Positions 8,121 through 17,776 of a stretch of 64,000 nt of DNA are shown piece by piece. A program made the position numbers and the translations under genes. This DNA is from Anaerolineae bacterium (GTDB lineage Bacteria > Chloroflexota > Anaerolineae > Aggregatilineales > Phototrophicaceae). The notes under the pieces were generated by a model. It saw nothing but the letters and a program-made list of their open reading frames with translations. It did not search any database and was not told the origin of the DNA. Each line of letters begins with the position of its first letter. Within the stretch, counting starts at the first letter, position 1. The stretch spans positions 731 to 64,730 of the forward strand of contig JAGWBD010000013.1 in NCBI GenBank assembly GCA_021296065.1, in the 5' to 3' direction.

Positions 8121-9341
8121 TCAGTTGGCCTCGCCGTCGCTGCCGTAGCGTTTGAGCAGGCGGATCCCGCCGTCCTCAATCACGAAGATGCCGCTCGGTG
8201 CGCTCACGCACTCCCCGCCCGGCTGGCAGGTGACGGTACCGGTTGCGCCCTCATAACCCTCCAGCGAGTCCACGTAACCCAGCAGCGCGGCACGGTCGAT
8301 GCGTAGCGCGCCATCTTCCGCCACCTCCGCCACGGCCTCAATGGCGTCCAGCAGAATGTACCAGGCATCGTAGCCGCCGAGAAAGTAGGGCGCGGCGGGC
8401 AATTCGCCGTATTCCTCTTCAAAGCGCTGTGTCAGCCCGGTCGCGGCTTCCGTATCCGGTTCCAGCGGCGTGACGCCAAAAATACCATCCGCCGCCGATC
8501 CCAACACGTCGATCAGACGATGCGCCCAGTTGCTTTCGTTGCCCAGGAAGGGCGTATCGGCCAGGCCAGCGGCTTCACGCAGAGCCAGTACGGCCAGCGT
8601 GTGCGGCGTGTCGCAGGCGCAGTGGAGCCAGTCCACCCCGGCATCCGCGACCTGCGCCAGCAGCTCCGCCAGCTCCGCCTCCCCCAGGTCGGTCGGCAGC
8701 AAGGCTTCCAGCACAATCTCGCCGCCCATCCCGCTAAAGCGCTTATTCAGTTCCCCGGCTATCCCCTGGTAAAAGGCGTTGCTCTCGCTGTGCAGTACGG
8801 CGATGCGTCGCGCCCCTACCTCTTGGTAGAGATAGTGGGCGGCGCCGGCCATGACGGCCGTGTCCGGCCCCGTCAGGCGGTGAAAACTGCTGAAGCCCTG
8901 CTCGCTCAGGGCCGGCAGCGTACAACTGGGGCTGAAGCTGGTGTAGCCGGCCTCGTCCAGCAGTGGCGCGACCGCCATGCAGGCGCTGGAACAGTTGGGG
9001 CCGATGATGGCCGCCACCCGTCCCTGCGCGACAAAGTCCGCCGCCAAAGTCGCGGCCCGGTCGGCGCTGCATTCGGAATCGCCAGCAATCAACTCGACAG
9101 GGAATTCCTGCCCCGCGATTGTCACAGTCGGTCGCTCCGCCTGGGCCAACAGCACGCCCAGTTTGCTGACGTGGCCCTGCTCATGCTCGTCGGCCGTGCG
9201 CGTCATCACGCCCAGCGCCACGGGCTCCCCCGGCGCGATTGTCAACACGTTTTCTTCGGCGGCCAGAGGGGTAGCAAGCAGCGCGCCCAAACCGAGGTAG
9301 AGGGCCCCGGCCAGGCGGCGCATCCTTCCTGCAATGCTCAT
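8121..9341 (-). CDS. ABC transporter substrate-binding protein, LivJ/type-1 periplasmic-binding fold (orphan)
   Basis: Signal peptide 'MSIAGRMRRLAGALYLGLGALLATPLAA' and block 'IIGPNCSSACMAVAPLLDEAGYTSFSPSCT'. GGGAGG lies upstream of ATG 9341. Confidence 0.8.
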   Translation of the reverse strand: MSIAGRMRRLAGALYLGLGALLATPLAAEENVLTIAPGEPVALGVMTRTADEHEQGHVSKLGVLLAQAERPTVTIAGQEFPVELIAGDSECSADRAATLAADFVAQGRVAAIIGPNCSSACMAVAPLLDEAGYTSFSPSCTLPALSEQGFSSFHRLTGPDTAVMAGAAHYLYQEVGARRIAVLHSESNAFYQGIAGELNKRFSGMGGEIVLEALLPTDLGEAELAELLAQVADAGVDWLHCACDTPHTLAVLALREAAGLADTPFLGNESNWAHRLIDVLGSAADGIFGVTPLEPDTEAATGLTQRFEEEYGELPAAPYFLGGYDAWYILLDAIEAVAEVAEDGALRIDRAALLGYVDSLEGYEGATGTVTCQPGGECVSAPSGIFVIEDGGIRLLKRYGSDGEAN

Positions 9342-9382
9342 GCTGTCACCTCCCTGTATGACGGCAACAAGGCAACCGGAGA

Positions 9383-9739
9383 TCAACCATCACGGTCTTC
9401 ACGCAACAGTTTAAGTGGTGACTGTACATCCGGCGGTGGGGTCCAGCCGATACGATCGACCTGCGCACAGATTTCGACCCAACTCCGTTTGCGATGCGCT
9501 TCCCGTTCCTCCATGACTGGATTCGTCCACGAGTTGTGAGGCCGACTGATTTTCTGGCTGCTTCTGCGAATCGACTGCAGAACTTCGCTTCGGTCTGGCC
9601 CCTCCAGACCTGCATCCAGAAAGTTGCGCGCCACGCCATTCTCGCCGATCGCGTGTTCCAGCTTTTCCTCGATTACCTCACTGACCGGTGCCTTCAATTC
9701 CTCGCGCGTCATGTCGCCAACGCGTTCCATGGCTCGCAT
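9383..9739 (-). CDS. Hypothetical protein (118 aa)
   Basis: ORF in a patch of visibly lower GC. Charged, non-repetitive composition. No motif recognised. Confidence 0.4.
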   Translation of the reverse strand: MRAMERVGDMTREELKAPVSEVIEEKLEHAIGENGVARNFLDAGLEGPDRSEVLQSIRRSSQKISRPHNSWTNPVMEEREAHRKRSWVEICAQVDRIGWTPPPDVQSPLKLLREDRDG

Positions 9740-9796
9740 CCCTTTTCACCAACAGCCCGATTGTAGCACAGGGGTGAATGGACCCGAGCGCAGACC

Positions 9797-10726
9797 TCAG
9801 GTTGACTGGTTCGGCGCGTCCCGTTCCGCGCGCGCGGCGAGGCGGCGGCGGGCGCGTTGCAGGTCCTGTTCATGCTTGAGCAGCACCGACAGCGTGCGCT
9901 CCAGGGTGCGCCGGTCAAGCGTCTCGGCCTGCAGCGCCACCAGCGCCTTCGCCCAGTCGATGGTCTCGGAGATGCCGGGGTTCTTGCGCAGGTCCAGCTC
10001 GCGCAGGCCCTGCACCAGCGCCACCACGCGGGCTGCCAGACGCTCGTTCAGTTGCGGCACGTGCAGGCGCAGAATCTCTAGCTCGGCTTCCTGCGTCGGA
10101 TAGTCGATGAAGACATAAAGGCAACGCCGCCGCAATGCCTCGGAGAGTTCGCGCGTGTGGTTGCTGGTGAGCACCACCGCGGGGCGATGGCGTGCGCGGA
10201 TCGTGCCCAGTTCAGGCACGCTAACCTGAAACTCGCTCAGCACCTCCAGCAGGAAGGCTTCGAATTCGGCGTCGGCGCGGTCGATCTCGTCGATCAGTAG
10301 CAGCGCCGGTTCCTCGCTGGTGATGGCCTGCAACAGCGGACGCTCCAGCAGGAAACGCTCCGAAAAGAAGACCTCCTCTTCGTCCGCCAGACGGTCGGCG
10401 GCGTCGGACAGGCTGCTGGCCCGGGCCAGCATTTCGCCCAGTTTGTCGCGCAGCAACTGCGTATAGAGCATCTGTCGCGCGTACTCCCACTCGTAGAGCG
10501 CGCGGCTCTCGTCGAGGCCTTCGTAGCACTGCAGGCGAATCAGGCGGCGGCCGCTGGCGGCGGCCCAGGCGCCCGCCAGCGCGGTCTTGCCCACACCGGC
10601 CGGCCCCTCGGTCAGCAGCGGGCGTTCCAGCTGCTGCGCGAGGAACAGCACCGTCGTGAGGTCGTCGCCGGCGATATACCCTTGCTCGCCCAGGGCCTGG
10701 CCCAGGGCGGCGCAGGGATCAGACAT
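9797..10726 (-). CDS. MoxR-type AAA+ ATPase (AAA_5, CoxD-like)
   Basis: Walker A 'GPAGVGKT', Walker B 'LLLIDEIDRA' and block 'RLQCYEGLDESRALYEWEY'. Overlaps the uppS stop by 8 nt. Confidence 0.85.
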   Translation of the reverse strand: MSDPCAALGQALGEQGYIAGDDLTTVLFLAQQLERPLLTEGPAGVGKTALAGAWAAASGRRLIRLQCYEGLDESRALYEWEYARQMLYTQLLRDKLGEMLARASSLSDAADRLADEEEVFFSERFLLERPLLQAITSEEPALLLIDEIDRADAEFEAFLLEVLSEFQVSVPELGTIRARHRPAVVLTSNHTRELSEALRRRCLYVFIDYPTQEAELEILRLHVPQLNERLAARVVALVQGLRELDLRKNPGISETIDWAKALVALQAETLDRRTLERTLSVLLKHEQDLQRARRRLAARAERDAPNQST

Positions 10727-11486
10727 GCGGGGTGGAAAGTCTGGGACGCAGTTGCTCGTCAGTCTGGCCGAAGCGTCGTGTGCGCCGGCTGTATTCCGCC
10801 AGCGCGTCGCGCAAATGCTCGCGGCCGAAGTCCGGCCAGTAGACCGATGTGAAATGGTATTCGGCGTAGCTGCCCTGCCAGACGAGGAAATTGCTCAGGC
10901 GCCGCTCGCCGCTGGTGCGAATGATGAGGTCCGGGTCAGGCAGGGAGCCGGTATAGAGGTAACGCTCTATGAGCTGCTCGTCGATGGCCTCCGGCGCGAT
11001 GCCCTCGGCAACAATGCGGCGCACGGCGCGCACGATCTCGTCGCGGCCACCGTAGTTGAGCGCCACGTTGAGGATCAGGGTGCGATTGTGTCGCGTAAGG
11101 GCCACCGCCTCGCGGATCTTGCGCTGCAGTTTGGGGGGGATGCCTTCCAGTTCGCCGATGTGGCGGATCTGCACACCCTGCTCGTCCAGTTCGCGCAATT
11201 CGCGGTCGATGACCAGTTCCAGCGTGTTCATCAACACCCGGATCTCGGCGCGCGGACGTTTCCAGTTTTCGGTGGAGAAGGCGAAGAGCGTCAATACCTC
11301 AATGCCCGTTTCGACGGCGGCGCGCAGGATTTCGCGCAGATTCTCGGTGCCCTGGCGATGACCGACCGCCCGCGGCAAACCGCGCTCACGGGCCCAGCGC
11401 CCGTTGCCATCCATGATAATGGCCACGTGTCGCGGCACGTGCACCGGGGAACTGCCGTTGTGGAAGGCGTCCATGGTTTCGGTCAT
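10719..11486 (-). CDS. uppS: Isoprenyl transferase (undecaprenyl-diphosphate synthase)
   Basis: Motifs 'HVAIIMDGNGRWA' and 'IRTSGERRLSNFLVWQ'. Confidence 0.93.
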   Translation of the reverse strand: MTETMDAFHNGSSPVHVPRHVAIIMDGNGRWARERGLPRAVGHRQGTENLREILRAAVETGIEVLTLFAFSTENWKRPRAEIRVLMNTLELVIDRELRELDEQGVQIRHIGELEGIPPKLQRKIREAVALTRHNRTLILNVALNYGGRDEIVRAVRRIVAEGIAPEAIDEQLIERYLYTGSLPDPDLIIRTSGERRLSNFLVWQGSYAEYHFTSVYWPDFGREHLRDALAEYSRRTRRFGQTDEQLRPRLSTPHV

Positions 11487-11504
11487 TGCCGGCCCCGCGC
11501 GGGT

Positions 11505-12068
11505 TCAGACCTCCAGGATTTCCGTTTCCTTGGCCTTGCCCATCTCGTCGATCTTGGCGATGGTGTCATCGGTGAGTTGCTGCACTTCCGTCTGACCCTG
11601 TTTCATCTCGTCCTCGGAAATCAGCTTTTCGCGTTGAAATTCCTTCAGGTCGTCATTGGCCGACCGCCGGATGTTGCGCGCCGACACGCGCGCATCCTCA
11701 ATGCGCCGATTGAGCACCTTCACCAGTTCCTGGCGCCGCTCCCGCGTCAGGGGCGGCATGTTCAGGCGGATGACGTCGCCATCCGTGCCCGGTGTGGCGC
11801 CCACGTTGGCCTGCAGGATGGCGCGTTCGATGCCCTTGATGGCGGCCTTGTCGTAGGGACGGATGAGGATTTGCAGGGCTTCCGGCGTCGAAATGTTGGC
11901 CAGTTGACGCAACTCCGATTCCTGACCGTAATACTCGACCTTGAGCCGGTCCACCAGCGCCGTACTGGCGCGACCGCTGCGAATCCCCGCCAGGTCCTCG
12001 CCGAGGAAGGAAAGAGTCGCGCGCATCTTTTCCCTGGCTTCGCCCATGATGTCGTCAATCATGGTCAT
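11505..12068 (-). CDS. frr: Ribosome recycling factor
   Basis: 187 aa, RRF pattern 'LDRLKVEYYG...LRQLANISTPE...PPLTRERRQELVK'. Confidence 0.95.
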   Translation of the reverse strand: MTMIDDIMGEAREKMRATLSFLGEDLAGIRSGRASTALVDRLKVEYYGQESELRQLANISTPEALQILIRPYDKAAIKGIERAILQANVGATPGTDGDVIRLNMPPLTRERRQELVKVLNRRIEDARVSARNIRRSANDDLKEFQREKLISEDEMKQGQTEVQQLTDDTIAKIDEMGKAKETEILEV

Positions 12069-12850
12069 CCCCCTGATCCACCTGCGGCCTCCGGCGCTGC
12101 CTGCCCTTCCCAGCCGCGCGCCTGCCAGGCGCTGTACAGCGCGATCGAGCCGACCGTGGCCACGTTCAGACTGGCGACCTGGCCGCGCATCGGCAATGAT
12201 AACAGCATATCACAGTTGTCGCGCACCAGGCGGCGCATGCCCTGGCCTTCACTGCCCAGCACCAGCCCCAGCGCCATGTTCAGGTCCGTTTGGCCGAGGG
12301 GCGGGATGTCCTCCCCGAGCTCCAGACCAACCAGCCACACGTCCTGCGCCTTCAGGGCCTTCATCGTGTTCACCAGGTTGGGAACGCGGATGACGTTCAG
12401 GTGCTCAATCGCGCCGGCCGAGGCATTGACCACCGCCGGTGTGACGGTAACCGCATTGCGCTGCGGCAGATAGACGCCGTGCACGCCTACCGCGTCCGCG
12501 ACGCGCAGCAGACTGCCGACATTTTGCGGGTCCTGCAGCAGGTCCAGCAACAGCAGAAAGGGACGCTCGCCACGCGCCTGCGCCAGGGCCAGAACGTCGT
12601 CGCCGTCGGCGTAGGGGTAGGGACTGACGCGCAGAACAACGTTCTGGTGGTTGGCGCCATCCGCCAGGTCGTCCATGATGCGGCGCGGTACGCGTCGCAA
12701 GGGCAGGCCGCGCTCCTCCGCCAGCGCGATGATGCCGGCGCTGCGGCCACCTTCGTCGGCGCCCTCGGTCAGCAAGAGCTGCTCGCCATGCCGGCGCCTG
12801 GCGCGCAACGCTTCCATCACGGCCCAGTGACCGTAAAGGAAGTCGCTCAT
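12065..12850 (-). CDS. rlmB: TrmH/SpoU-family 23S rRNA 2'-O-methyltransferase (RlmB-like)
   Basis: SpoU motifs 'LVLGSEGQGMRRLV' and 'IPMRGQVASLNVATVGSIALY'. Confidence 0.85.
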   Translation of the reverse strand: MSDFLYGHWAVMEALRARRRHGEQLLLTEGADEGGRSAGIIALAEERGLPLRRVPRRIMDDLADGANHQNVVLRVSPYPYADGDDVLALAQARGERPFLLLLDLLQDPQNVGSLLRVADAVGVHGVYLPQRNAVTVTPAVVNASAGAIEHLNVIRVPNLVNTMKALKAQDVWLVGLELGEDIPPLGQTDLNMALGLVLGSEGQGMRRLVRDNCDMLLSLPMRGQVASLNVATVGSIALYSAWQARGWEGQAAPEAAGGSGG

Positions 12851-14310
12851 GCTCCCTCCCGGCGCCAGACGGTGCCGCCGGCCCCGTCCTCCAGCAGAAA
12901 GCCAAGGCCGGCCAGTTCGTCACGGATGCGATCGCTGGTGGCGTAATCGCGTTTGACGCGGGCCTCGGCGCGCAGCGCGATGAGCAATTCAACCAGGTCG
13001 CCCTCGCGCCTGCCGTCGCCGCCCTCCTTCCCTGCGGTCGGAACGACGCCCAGCACGTCGGCGCCGAGGTCCTGATAAAGCGCCTCGATGGCCGCCAGGG
13101 TCTGAAGAGCGGGCTGCGCCGGGCCGTTAAGCAGTGTGTTGACCTCGCGCGTCAAATCGTGCAGCACCGCCAGGGCCCGCGGCGCATTGAAGTCGTCGTC
13201 CATCGCCGCCGCGAAGTCGGCGCGCGCGCGCTCCAGCCGCGGCAGAAAGGCGTTGCCGGCTTCGCCTTCAGCCGCCGTGTTCATGCGTTGCCGGGTCTGG
13301 CGCAGGGCGCCCTGCAGGCGCGCCTGGCCGGCGCTGGCCGCGGTCAGCGAGTCCTCGCTCCAGGTGACCGGGTTGCTGTAGTGCGCGCCGAGGACGAAGG
13401 CGCGCAGGGCTTCGGGACGGGCGCGCGTCAGCATGTCGCGCACCGTGATGAAGTTGCCCAGGCTCTTGGACATCTTGACCGGGATGCCCTCGTCGTCGAG
13501 CACCATCAGGCTGCCCACCAGCAGCCAGTAGCGCGCGAAGTCGGCATCGTTGGCGCACTCGCTCTGCGCGATCTCGTTCTCGTTGTGCGGATAGATGTTG
13601 TCGATACCGCCGCCGTGGATGTCGAAGGTCGGGCCCAGATACTTGCGCGCCATCGCCGAACATTCGATGTGCCAGCCGGGGAAACCGACGCCCCAGGGGC
13701 TGTTCCAGCGCAGAATATGCTCCGGCTCGGCCCGCTTCCAAAGGGCGAAGTCCGCCGGATGGCGCTTTTCGTCGCGCACGGCCTCGCGACTGCCGGCCTC
13801 CTGCTCCTCCAGCACGCGGTTGGAAAGCTTGCCGTAGCCCCCGTGCGAGGTGACGTCAAAGTAGACGTTGCCCTCCACGGCATAGGCGTGGCCGCCAGCG
13901 ATGAGTTTCTCGATCATTTCAATTTGTTCAGGGACATGTGCACTGGCGCGCGGCGAAATGTCCGGGCGCTGCACGCCCAGCGCGTCCATGTCGGCGAAGT
14001 AGCTGCGGGTGTAGGTCTCGACAACCTGCATCGGGCCGGCCTGCAACTGGCGCGCCTTGCGCAGGATGCGGTCCTCGCCGCTGTCGAGCAAATGACCGAC
14101 GTCGGTCAGGTTCTGCACGTAAAGCACGTCCAGGGCGCTGTGTCGCAGCCAGCGGACCATGACGTCGAAGGAGACGTAGGTGCGGGCGTGGCCGATGTGC
14201 GCGTCGTCGTAGACGGTGGGGCCACAGACGTACATGTTGACCTGGCCCTCCGTCAGCGCTTCAAAGGGCTGTTTCTCGCGTCCGAGCACATTGAACAGCT
14301 GCAATGCCAT
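12847..14310 (-). CDS. cysS: Cysteine--tRNA ligase
   Basis: HIGH motif 'HIGHARTY' and KMSKS motif 'KMSKSLGN'. ATG at 14310 (MALQLFN...) has GGAAGGG 9 nt upstream. Confidence 0.95.
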   Translation of the reverse strand: MALQLFNVLGREKQPFEALTEGQVNMYVCGPTVYDDAHIGHARTYVSFDVMVRWLRHSALDVLYVQNLTDVGHLLDSGEDRILRKARQLQAGPMQVVETYTRSYFADMDALGVQRPDISPRASAHVPEQIEMIEKLIAGGHAYAVEGNVYFDVTSHGGYGKLSNRVLEEQEAGSREAVRDEKRHPADFALWKRAEPEHILRWNSPWGVGFPGWHIECSAMARKYLGPTFDIHGGGIDNIYPHNENEIAQSECANDADFARYWLLVGSLMVLDDEGIPVKMSKSLGNFITVRDMLTRARPEALRAFVLGAHYSNPVTWSEDSLTAASAGQARLQGALRQTRQRMNTAAEGEAGNAFLPRLERARADFAAAMDDDFNAPRALAVLHDLTREVNTLLNGPAQPALQTLAAIEALYQDLGADVLGVVPTAGKEGGDGRREGDLVELLIALRAEARVKRDYATSDRIRDELAGLGFLLEDGAGGTVWRREGA

Positions 14311-14399
14311 GTGGCGCATCCCTTCCGGCGGTCATCACGGGGGCCATTCTGGCGCAGAGGGGGCCGGGCTGTCAACGCCCGTCGCAGGCCATTGGCTGC

Positions 14400-14427
14400 T
14401 TGCAGGCAGCGCGGGACGCGCTAGACT
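14400..14427 (+). promoter_or_regulatory. Candidate sigma-70-type promoter TTGCAG-16-TAGACT for sugar ABC locus 1
   Basis: Read by eye, about 38 nt upstream of ATG 14465. Confidence 0.35.
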
Positions 14428-14464
14428 CGCCCACACCCACTGCAGTCAAACGGAGCGGCGAGGT

Positions 14465-15412
14465 ATGAGTCTGGTTAGCGTACGCAGCGGCACGTCCCGC
14501 CCGCTGTTGCGACTGTCCCTCAGTTCGCGCCAGTCAGAGGCGCTCACCGGAATCCTGATGGCCTCGCCCTGGATTCTGGGCTTCATCATCTTCATCGCCG
14601 GCCCGATGCTCATCAGCCTCTATCTGTCTTTCACCCGTTGGGACCTTTTCACCGAGCCGCGCTGGATCGGCCTGCGCAACTTCGAGCAACTTTTTCTGCG
14701 AGACGCCAAGTTTCTGCTCTCGTTGAAGGTGACCACCATCTACGCCTTCGTCAGTGTGCCGCTGCAGGTCAGCCTGGGTCTGGTGCTGGCCAACCTGCTC
14801 AACCATAAGATTCGCCTGCTGGGCTTCTTCCGCACGGTCTATTACCTGCCCTCGGTCATCGGCGGCATCGCCGTGGCCGTCATGTTCCGCTGGATATTCG
14901 GCACGCAGTTTGGCCTGATCAACAGCATGCTGGCCACCCTTGGCATTCAGGGGCCCTCCTGGCTGGGCGACCCCGACCTGGTGCTGGTCTCCTTCATCCT
15001 GATGAGCATGTGGGGCGCCGGCGCGTCGATGCTGATCTACCTCGGCGCCCTGCAGGGCATCCCCAGCGAGCTTTACGAAGCCGCCGACGTCGACGGCGCG
15101 GGCAACCTGGCCCGCTTTCTGCGCATCACGGTGCCGATGATGACGCCGGTCATCTTCTTCAACATGATCATGGGCATTATCACGGCCCTGCAGGAGTTTG
15201 TGCTGCCTTTCATCATGACGCGCGGCGGGCCGGCCAACTCCAGCACCTTCCTCGTGCTTTATCTCTACCGCAACGCTTTCGAGCTCTTCAAGATGGGCTA
15301 CGCCTCGGCCATCGCCTGGATCATCTTCATCTACATCATGGTGCTGACCGTCTTCATCATCCGCTCCTCCAGCATGTGGGTCTATTACGAAGGCTCGCTG
15401 AAAGGGCGCTGA
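14465..15412 (+). CDS. Carbohydrate ABC transporter permease (MalF-like)
   Basis: Six-TM pattern with EAA-type loop 'ELYEAADVDGAGNLARFLRITVPMM'. The upstream part of the long track ORF is antisense to cysS. Confidence 0.85.
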   Translation: MSLVSVRSGTSRPLLRLSLSSRQSEALTGILMASPWILGFIIFIAGPMLISLYLSFTRWDLFTEPRWIGLRNFEQLFLRDAKFLLSLKVTTIYAFVSVPLQVSLGLVLANLLNHKIRLLGFFRTVYYLPSVIGGIAVAVMFRWIFGTQFGLINSMLATLGIQGPSWLGDPDLVLVSFILMSMWGAGASMLIYLGALQGIPSELYEAADVDGAGNLARFLRITVPMMTPVIFFNMIMGIITALQEFVLPFIMTRGGPANSSTFLVLYLYRNAFELFKMGYASAIAWIIFIYIMVLTVFIIRSSSMWVYYEGSLKGR

Positions 15413-15413
15413 G

Positions 15414-16292
15414 ATGGCGGAACGTGCGGCGCGGCTGCCGGCGCAGGGCGGCGATACGCAGTGGTCGGAACAGGCGAAACGGCTGTCGATCTACGTCGTC
15501 TTGCTGGCCGGCGCGGTCATTGTCTTCATCCCATTCGCCTGGACGCTCTCCACGGCGCTCAAGGCGCCCGACCGGCTGGCCGAGTTCCCCCCGCGCTGGA
15601 TCCCGGACCCGATCGTCTGGGACAACTTCCCCGAGGCCGAGACCATCAAGCCCTTCGGCCGCTGGTTTCTCAACACGCTCTTTGTGGTCGGCGTGGCCAC
15701 CACCGGCACGATCATGTCCGCCAGCCTGGTGGCCTACTCCTTCGCGCGCCTGCGCTGGCCCGGCCGCAACCTGCTCTTCCTTGTGTTGCTGGCCACCATG
15801 ATGCTGCCAGACCAGGTGACGCTGATCCCGACTTTCGTGCTTTTCCGCCACCTGGGCTGGGTGAACACCTATCTGCCGCTGATCGCGCCGCCCTTTTTCG
15901 CGCGCAACGCCTTCTTCGTCTTCCTGCTGCGCCAGTTTTTCATGACGATTCCGCTGGACCTGGACGACGCCGCGCGCATGGACGGCGCCAGTTACTTCCA
16001 GATCTACCTGCGCATCATTCTGCCCATGAGCAAGCCGGCGCTGGCGGTGGCGGCCATCATGTTCTCCCAGTTCAAGTGGAAGGAATTCCTGGCGCCGTTG
16101 ATCTACCTTAACAAACAGGAGATGTTCACCGTCTCGCTGGGTCTGCGCACCTTCATCGGCGAAAGCTGGGGCACCGAGTGGCATCTGATGATGGCCGCCA
16201 ACATCATCTTCATGATCCCGCTCATTTTGATTTTCTTCTTCGCGCAGAAATACTTCATCCAGGGCGTGGTGATCACCGGTGTCAAGGGATAG
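15414..16292 (+). CDS. Carbohydrate ABC transporter permease (MalG-like)
   Basis: EAA loop 'LDDAARMDGASYFQIYLRIILPMSKP'. Confidence 0.88.
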   Translation: MAERAARLPAQGGDTQWSEQAKRLSIYVVLLAGAVIVFIPFAWTLSTALKAPDRLAEFPPRWIPDPIVWDNFPEAETIKPFGRWFLNTLFVVGVATTGTIMSASLVAYSFARLRWPGRNLLFLVLLATMMLPDQVTLIPTFVLFRHLGWVNTYLPLIAPPFFARNAFFVFLLRQFFMTIPLDLDDAARMDGASYFQIYLRIILPMSKPALAVAAIMFSQFKWKEFLAPLIYLNKQEMFTVSLGLRTFIGESWGTEWHLMMAANIIFMIPLILIFFFAQKYFIQGVVITGVKG

Positions 16293-16382
16293 GGTCGCCC
16301 CTGTCCCCGCAGTGAAGGGAGTTGCCTCTGCACCCAAGAGAAAGACATTCGCGGATTTCTATTGACCTACAGGGAGACAATC

Positions 16383-17675
16383 ATGTCAGCGAGCACAAAA
16401 GGACTTTCAAGACGGGACTTCCTGCGCAGTTCGGCGGCGGCCTCGGCAGTACCCGTGCTGGGCCAGGTCGCGACGACGGTCGTCCACGCCCAGGAGCCGG
16501 TCACCATCCGGCTGACCGCCTGGGGCAACCCCACCGAGTACGAGGCGCGTCTGGCTACCAACGCACTCTTTGAGGAATCGCAGGACAATATCAAGGTCGA
16601 GTTCATCCATATTCCCGACAGTTACAGCACCAAATTGCAGACCATGCTGGCCGGCGGCGATTACCCGGACGTCATGTACATCGGCAATGGCTGGACCGTG
16701 CCCTTCGTGTCACGCGGGCAACTGGAACCGCTCGACAGCTACATCGAGCGCGACATGTTTGATACTGATGATATCTTCCAGGCCAACCTCGACCTTTACC
16801 AGGTCGATGGCGTGCAGTACGGCTTTCCGCTGGACGCCCCCAACCAGCAGATCTTCTACAACGTCAGCTGGTTTGAGGAGAAGGGCGTGCCGCGCCCCTC
16901 GTCGGACTGGGAGGACGAGAGCTGGAACTGGGATACCTTCCTTGAGGCAGCCCTGGCCCTTACCGACCGCGACAACAACCTGTGGGGCTTCCAGGTCAAG
17001 AACGGCTTCCGCCCCTGGTGGATCTGGGTGACGGCCAACGGCGGCAGCTTTTACAACGAGGACTTCACGGCCTGTGTGCTCAACGAGCCGGCGGCGGTGG
17101 AAGCCTTCGAGTTCCTCGCCAGCCTGATCCACGAGCATCAGGTGGCGCCACCCATCGACGTCGCTTCCGAAATGGGCGCCTGGAACATCTTCGAGGCCGG
17201 CGTGGTCGCGATGGACACCTTCTGGCCGGCCATGGGCCGCATGCGCAACAACATCGGCGACAAGTTCGCCTGGGACGTCGCGCCGCACCCCGCGGGCGCG
17301 GCCGGCAAGTCCACCGCCGGCGGCGGCTCCGGCCAGGCCATCTCGGCCTTTTCGGAACAGAAAGACAGCGCCTGGGAATTCCTCAGGTTCATGGCCAGCA
17401 CGGCCGGCGTCGAGGTCTGGACGGACATCATGGGCATCGTGCCGCCGCTGCAGTCGGTGGCCGCCAGCGACGTCTTCCTCAAGCCCGGCGAGCCGCCGGA
17501 GCACATCTCGGTCTTCACCGACGGCGCGCCCTATTTGCGCCCGGACCCGCGCCACGCGACCTTCGCGCAGGCGTCGTCGATCGCGGTCAGCGAACTGGAC
17601 CGCCTGTGGATCGGCCAGGCCGGCGCCCAGGAAGTGGCGGACAGCCTCGTCGCGCAAATCAACGACTTGCTTTAG
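16383..17675 (+). CDS. Sugar ABC transporter substrate-binding protein (Tat signal)
   Basis: Twin-arginine signal 'MSASTKGLSRRDFLRSSAAASA'. Composition fits solute-binding family 1. Confidence 0.85.
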   Translation: MSASTKGLSRRDFLRSSAAASAVPVLGQVATTVVHAQEPVTIRLTAWGNPTEYEARLATNALFEESQDNIKVEFIHIPDSYSTKLQTMLAGGDYPDVMYIGNGWTVPFVSRGQLEPLDSYIERDMFDTDDIFQANLDLYQVDGVQYGFPLDAPNQQIFYNVSWFEEKGVPRPSSDWEDESWNWDTFLEAALALTDRDNNLWGFQVKNGFRPWWIWVTANGGSFYNEDFTACVLNEPAAVEAFEFLASLIHEHQVAPPIDVASEMGAWNIFEAGVVAMDTFWPAMGRMRNNIGDKFAWDVAPHPAGAAGKSTAGGGSGQAISAFSEQKDSAWEFLRFMASTAGVEVWTDIMGIVPPLQSVAASDVFLKPGEPPEHISVFTDGAPYLRPDPRHATFAQASSIAVSELDRLWIGQAGAQEVADSLVAQINDLL

Positions 17676-17776
17676 GTCGCGGCAATCAGGGAGGCCCTTG
17701 CAAGGGCCTCCCGTACCCAAAATTGTCAACATCAGCCCATTTGTCACAGGCAAACCCTCTGCAACAGGGAGACACC

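Noticed and set aside
10587-12473. 628-aa plus-strand ORF spanning uppS, frr and rlmB in antisense
   Set aside because: All three minus-strand genes carry canonical family motifs. The plus-strand product is low-complexity and has no RBS or motif.
16982-17776. N-terminal 265-codon extension of the sulfatase ORF overlapping the SBP gene
   Set aside because: The extension is out-of-frame overlap with the well-supported SBP gene and is Arg/Gly-rich. The sulfatase domain begins at MSERPNIVIIMSDQQRAD (ATG 17777).
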